A stretch of DNA of 64,000 nt from Paraspadella gotoi. Its lineage: Eukaryota > Animalia > Chaetognatha. Below, in pieces: positions 58,631-64,000 of this stretch. The stretch is taken from contig CM119265.1 in assembly GCA_051294375.1 (NCBI GenBank), forward strand, positions 15,476,963-15,540,962. The letters are read 5' to 3'. A program made the translations under genes and the position numbers. Under the pieces are notes generated by a model that saw only the letters and a program-made list of their open reading frames with translations, did no database searches and was not told where the DNA came from. Positions within the stretch are counted from its first letter, which is position 1; every line of letters begins with the position of its first letter.

Positions 58631-61600
58631 TCAAAAAAACATAATTATAAAGGTTAAAAATCTTGTGCATTTGAGAGAAAATGAAGGAGAGAGCGAGGGA
58701 AAGGGGGCTGGGGGGGGGAATAGAGAGAGAAAATCAAAGAGAGAAAGAGAGAGAGAAAAAATTGCTGACATTGGGTCTTTGCCCGATATAAGTCTATTGT
58801 TTTTGCTTTGGGACTAAGTCTGGTTTTTTCGTAATGTTTTAAATAAAGGGACTTTATTTCAATTATTCAATGATTAAAAAGTACTTTCGAAATACTAATC
58901 AAATGACAGCCAAAAAAATGTTAATCAAGGGTATTAAAAAAGTAATCAAGCATTAGTCATATTATTGCTAAATGCACGAAAACAAAACCTGTACCAAGTT
59001 TTAAAGCATAAAAAATATAATATTTTATGTTACTCATTTAAAAAAATTATTTAAATTTAATATTAACTATGAATTTTTTAAATTAAAAAAAAATAGAAAA
59101 AGAGCTGAAGTTTTATAAATAAATTATCTCCTTACTGTTTTGAAGAGTTACTAAGCACCTAAGCATTAAACGAATATGAAATCTATACCACTTTGAAGAA
59201 CAGACAAAATGCTACATTTTATATTTAACTAAGTTTTGATTGGTTGTGAAATATTAAAAGGTAAAAAAATCAAAAGTTTATCGACAAATTTGAAGACATC
59301 ATTGGGGCCAAGAAGTTAATACCAAAACTTATAAGAATTATGTAAAAATTAATAAATTATAAAGAAACAAATTATAGAAATTAATGGTTGAAGAGTTGAA
59401 ACACTTTTAAATTTTGAAGGTAACCAGAGAAAGCGTGAGTTAAGAGACGTGAAAAACCACGCTCCTCACGCATGGATCGTAATATCCTTTAAATAATATC
59501 AATCTCTGATTGGTCAACGGGACGAACACGCATTCGGAATACTTAAGGCGCAATAGTCTCTGATTGGATAAATATTTGACCCCTAGGGCCTAACGTTGGG
59601 GTGGTCTATCTTCGCGCTTTCTTCTGATTGGTGAGCTCGCCGATCGTGAAGTTAGAGATCTATTAAGTATGGGCCGATCGGCGGATGTGGTCCGCACAAT
59701 TGTCGTTAATGTTTCTCTATTGTGGCAAAAAGTGCTCATTTCGTTATAGAAATTAAGCTCCAATTATATTGTTTTTTTTTTAACTAAACGCTACTTCGGA
59801 ATTAATACGATTAATTTGACGCCACAAGTAGTTTTAAGAACCCTGAAATTAATACGCATCAAAAACGCCAAATATATATGGCTAATCCTTTTTTTAAATT
59901 TTTTGTTGGGTTTCAATTAAATTCTTGCCACTCGAAATTCCAGGTTGATGGCACTCTCCAAATAGCATTGAATGCAACATTTATTTTAACTCTACATATC
60001 GTTCTATCTTTAAGAGATTTACTTTTAGTAACTTTTCTTACACTTTACCTCAAATTGGTGTTGAATTTCTGCAAACGAATCCGTCTGACCATGACTTTGC
60101 ACAAACGAATTGGCCTTAAATTTTATTTTTGCCTCCCGGGCGGGATTTTTTTTCCCGACGCTCTTTAAAAAAAAGTTACCTGTCTGTTCGACCGCGTTTC
60201 TCCGCTTGGGCGGTTATTTCATGCAGAATAAGTCAAACACTATCAAAAGCCAGCGGGTGCTGTCTTCAGCTTTGACGTCAAGCTGGCAAACGTTTTTACA
60301 TGAATTCTAAGGCCCAACGCCCTGGCCATATAAACGCCGTAATCTCGCCAACGATTGCATCATAGCATTTCGAATGCAGGGCGATGGCTTATTTCGTTTT
60401 TCGGGCACGCACTTTCACCCTCATCTTCCCCTCTCGTAGACTCTGACACTTACTTTACGATCTTCAACGCTAGATGGCTGATGTAAAATTTGAACAAAAT
60501 TGCAATCTTGCGGTGAACCAAAAGGAGCGGAGCGATGCGATGTATAAAAAGCCAACGCGGGAAATTTCTTCTTCTTCTCGACTTCTAAAAAAGATGTAAT
60601 TACAATCGCAGCCGACGTCGCGCCGACAAAAGATATTAAAATATTTTTTTATCATTCGACATTTTTAAATGTTCGACCGCATCTTTAAGTGACTCTCTTA
60701 ACGTCAAACACTATTTTTTGTTTGCTGAATATATTTTTTTTTATTCTAAAAAGTCTCGCAATGGAAATTGCAATAACGTAATTAAAAATATTAGCATGTG
60801 TGTATTAATTCGAGAACATTCACAACCTATATATATTTAATTAATAAACGAAATGTATTTGGACACTTTTTAGTCAGACGAGAACAAATGGTAAGATACT
60901 AACAACTGCCTCGACTATATTTATAAACTTGTTATTTCGGTCCCGATTCAGATTGGTCACTTGGAACATCAAGTAAGACGAGTGAAATGTCCATTGTATT
61001 TTTGTGGATGAAGGCCGTGGATTTTTTTCCTTTCTTCAGCGGGGGTCCCTAATAAACGTCGGCAAAAGTGTAAATAGTCTATTACACGGTCGTAAAAACT
61101 TCAAGGCCATCTCGGCGCGAAGTTTTTTTTTTTTAAATCTAAAAAAAAAACAATTATTTTTTTTTAAACTTTTTTCCCCGTACGATCGAGAAGCCTCTCA
61201 CGGATGCTCGTTCACAGGACGATTCGCTCAAAGGATCACTTTTCACCACCGATTTGATTCATCGCTACTTTGCCAGACATCCTGTAATAATCAAGACCCC
61301 TTCTTTTTTTATCTTAGTCGCTATAAGCTGTCGGTTAAACGAAATTATTTTTTTTGTACCTTTTTCGGTTTTAAAAAATGGGTCTAAAAGAGATTTTAAA
61401 TTTCAGATATTTATATTTTTATTTAAGTTTTTTTTCTCTAATCCGCGCCAAAAAAGTAATTTTTGATAAATGAATCGGGTAAAAAAAATCTTTGAACGCC
61501 CTTATGGTTTAAACCTAAAAAAATATCTTTTAAAGCTATATCGATCTGACATCAGGTGTATAACTGCTGTCGGACAGGATCTCAAACAACGCAAAACCTT

Positions 61601-62667
61601 TTTTTTTTTAAGTTTTACCTCCCACTTCATTTGATCATTGATTATTGAAAGTGACACATTGTATTTATCATTCTCTCGAAAATTAAGTTTTTTCTTCCAC
61701 TTCATTATTCGCCTTTTCGTTTCGAAGTCGGACCGTTTATTTTTATTTTTTTATTCCCGTGTATTTTTTTTCGCTTCTTGGTGGTTTTCTTTTTTTAGAC
61801 TACAATACTATACAATAATATTTATTTTACAATAAATAAGCTATAGCACAATTTTTTGTTGTTGTTGCTAAGCTGAAAAACTGTAATTTCAGGATTTATT
61901 AAAAAAGAAAAAAATAGTGAGAAAACATTTTGTTTCGTTTGGGCTATTCTGACAAAACGGTATTCTTTTTCAATTTCTTAAAATGTAACTTATGACAATG
62001 AAAAGGGGAAAAGCGAGAAGTGCTCTTCATCTATTTCGGAATGTCTTGTGGTAAACAGCTGTCTTAAGTATTTGCTAAAACTAATAAATCTTTGACAGTA
62101 CTAATTGCATAAAATACATATCAATTAATTGCCTTTTTCCAGTGATTGGTTTAAATTTTTTTTCAAGAAATGTTCTTTTCTTATTATTTAAAACCAAAAC
62201 GGTCTTTAAAATTCTATTAGTTAATGACTTGCCGAACAGAAAAAAAGTCCTTTTTTTACATTTTTAAACCTCGACTCAAGCCGTTCAAATCGTTATTGAA
62301 ACAAATTTAACTTTTTTCGTCAATTTTCTTTTTAATCTTTTGTAATCAAATTTTATAAAATCAAAAGAAAACATTTCCTTATTCTTTTTCACAGACAAGT
62401 GCCAAATCGCCCGTAATCGAAGAGCCCAACGAGCGACCAAAAAAAAAAAACCAACATTTATTAACTCGAAATTGTCATGAGTTTGTACCCTGGAAAACCG
62501 CGGAATTCCTTGTCCCGTTTTTAAAAGAAAAAAAATTAAGGTGTAAATAAACAGTAAAAAAAGGTTTTTTTTGAAAAAAAAAAACCGCGTATACGAACGA
62601 ATTAAAACATAATTAAACTTTTCATTGAGATTGAAAAAAAGATTAATAATTCAACTCAAAACCGGAA

Positions 62668-63722
62668 ATGAACGAGAAAGCGGCATCGACGACGCCGGCT
62701 TCGACGCCGCGCAGGACTCCATCGCCGGAAATGTCGCCGGGACCCAAGTACAACAATATCTTTCTTCATTTGGGCGATTGGGGTCTTTGGCAGAAGATGG
62801 TGTTTTTCCTCGTCTCTGCGCCGGTCATCTTCTGCGCGATTCACACTTATCTCAATTCCTTCACAGCTGCCGTCGCCGATCACAGGTAACCGCTTCATTT
62901 GGACATGATCACTTAACAATTAACAGATGAATGTATCTCTGCATTGACCAGGTTGTTTTTATTATTATTATTACTCTTTCTGCCACGATGTTTGCCTTCG
63001 GCGTTATCTGTTTACGTTTGTTTTCCTAAAAAAAATCTAAGTTGATTGTCTCTTTGTGTGTGTAAACATTAATCAACCTAGTCTGCTATCGTTTTTTCAC
63101 CTTTTCACTCTTCATTATTCCTGATTGCACATGTTGTAAATTTGCCGCCATTTAAATTCTCATCCTTATGGGTCCCTACTTTTCCCCGCCTGCCAGATGC
63201 CTAATCCCAGGCGTGGATAACGTGACGGACCGATCGAGGAATTACTACGAACCCACGGAGGACCTGGAGAAGATGGCGGCGCTGCAGAGGCTCGTGCCCA
63301 GAACCAAGGACGGAAAGTTCGAACAGTGCGTCAGATACTACGGTAAGGATAAGAGTGGTCTTCGTTGTTGTTGTTCTTATGGAACCGTTTGAGAATAGTC
63401 AAATATCAGTCTTTGAGAAAACGAGTTTATTCATCGACAACGCTCGTGCAGGCAAATTACATTATTTTATAAATCATAAATATTAAATTTATTTTTTCAT
63501 CGTCAATCTCGCCCACATAGAGAACGCCTCCACGGCCAATTCCTCCGCCGTCCTCGGCCCCTGCTCTGACGGGTGGGTCTTCAGCCACGACACATTCGGA
63601 TCGACCGTCATCGAGCGACTCCAACTCGTCTGCGACCGGAGCGACCGGCGAAAGTACGTCGACGTCTCCACCATGGTCGGCATGCTTATCGGCGCCATCA
63701 CATTCGGTCAACTCTCGGACAG
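62668..63722 (+). CDS. SLC22 organic cation/anion transporter, first three exons; continues beyond window
   Basis: 'IFLHLGDWGLWQK', 'DHR|CLIP', 'CSDGWVFSHDTFGSTVIERLQLVCD', 'MVGMLIGAITFGQLSDR'; exons 62668-62885, 63197-63342, 63521-63722. Confidence 0.9.
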
Positions 63723-63917
63723 GTTGTGGGGAGGATGGAATCGGGTGGCGCTTTGTGTTGGGGGGGGGAGTGAAGAGAATTATGGCAGGGATGGACGTTA
63801 ACGAGATTTGGGAAGAAAATTCAGGGGAGAGAGAGAGAGAGAAAGAGTGAGAGAACATTTTTGAACATTTGAACATTTATCTGAGTGGGGCTTTAGGCAC
63901 TAAGTTAGGCCCTTAGT

Positions 63918-63918
<1 letters not shown>

Positions 63919-63995
<77 letters not shown>

Positions 63996-64000
63996 GAGAG
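63919..64000. repeat. (GA)n microsatellite
   Basis: GA run to window end. Confidence 0.95.

Overview
Eukaryotic (invertebrate metazoan-like) genomic DNA with GC-richer exons and AT-rich introns. From 1 to 44.5 kb, twelve genes lie on the + strand with short spacers (66-~870 bp), and each start codon has a polypyrimidine-AG acceptor upstream of it. The genes are TIMELESS, three tandem hnRNP F/H paralogs, a KDM6/UTX-like gene lacking catalytic residues, WDHD1/AND-1, CTF8, an ATAD5 carrying a CXXC finger, an MDC1-like gene, SPC25, a C2H2 gene and CIP2A. The layout resembles a trans-spliced replication/mitosis operon. A complete dynamin gene is nested antisense in a CIP2A intron. DNAJC12 (-), SMCR8-like, PCBD and the start of an SLC22 transporter follow. 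The most striking signal is non-coding. A 741-bp non-autonomous LTR element (4-bp TSD, tRNA-Trp-like PBS, plus a solo LTR elsewhere) carries in each LTR a sequence that folds by hand into a circularly permuted (P5-type) twister ribozyme, i.e. a candidate twister-based 'retrozyme'. A second, tRNA-headed element carries a diverged twister whose base changes are compensatory in the same helices. Penelope-type minimal hammerhead relics are also present. All calls are from manual reading and recalled family motifs; no searches were run.
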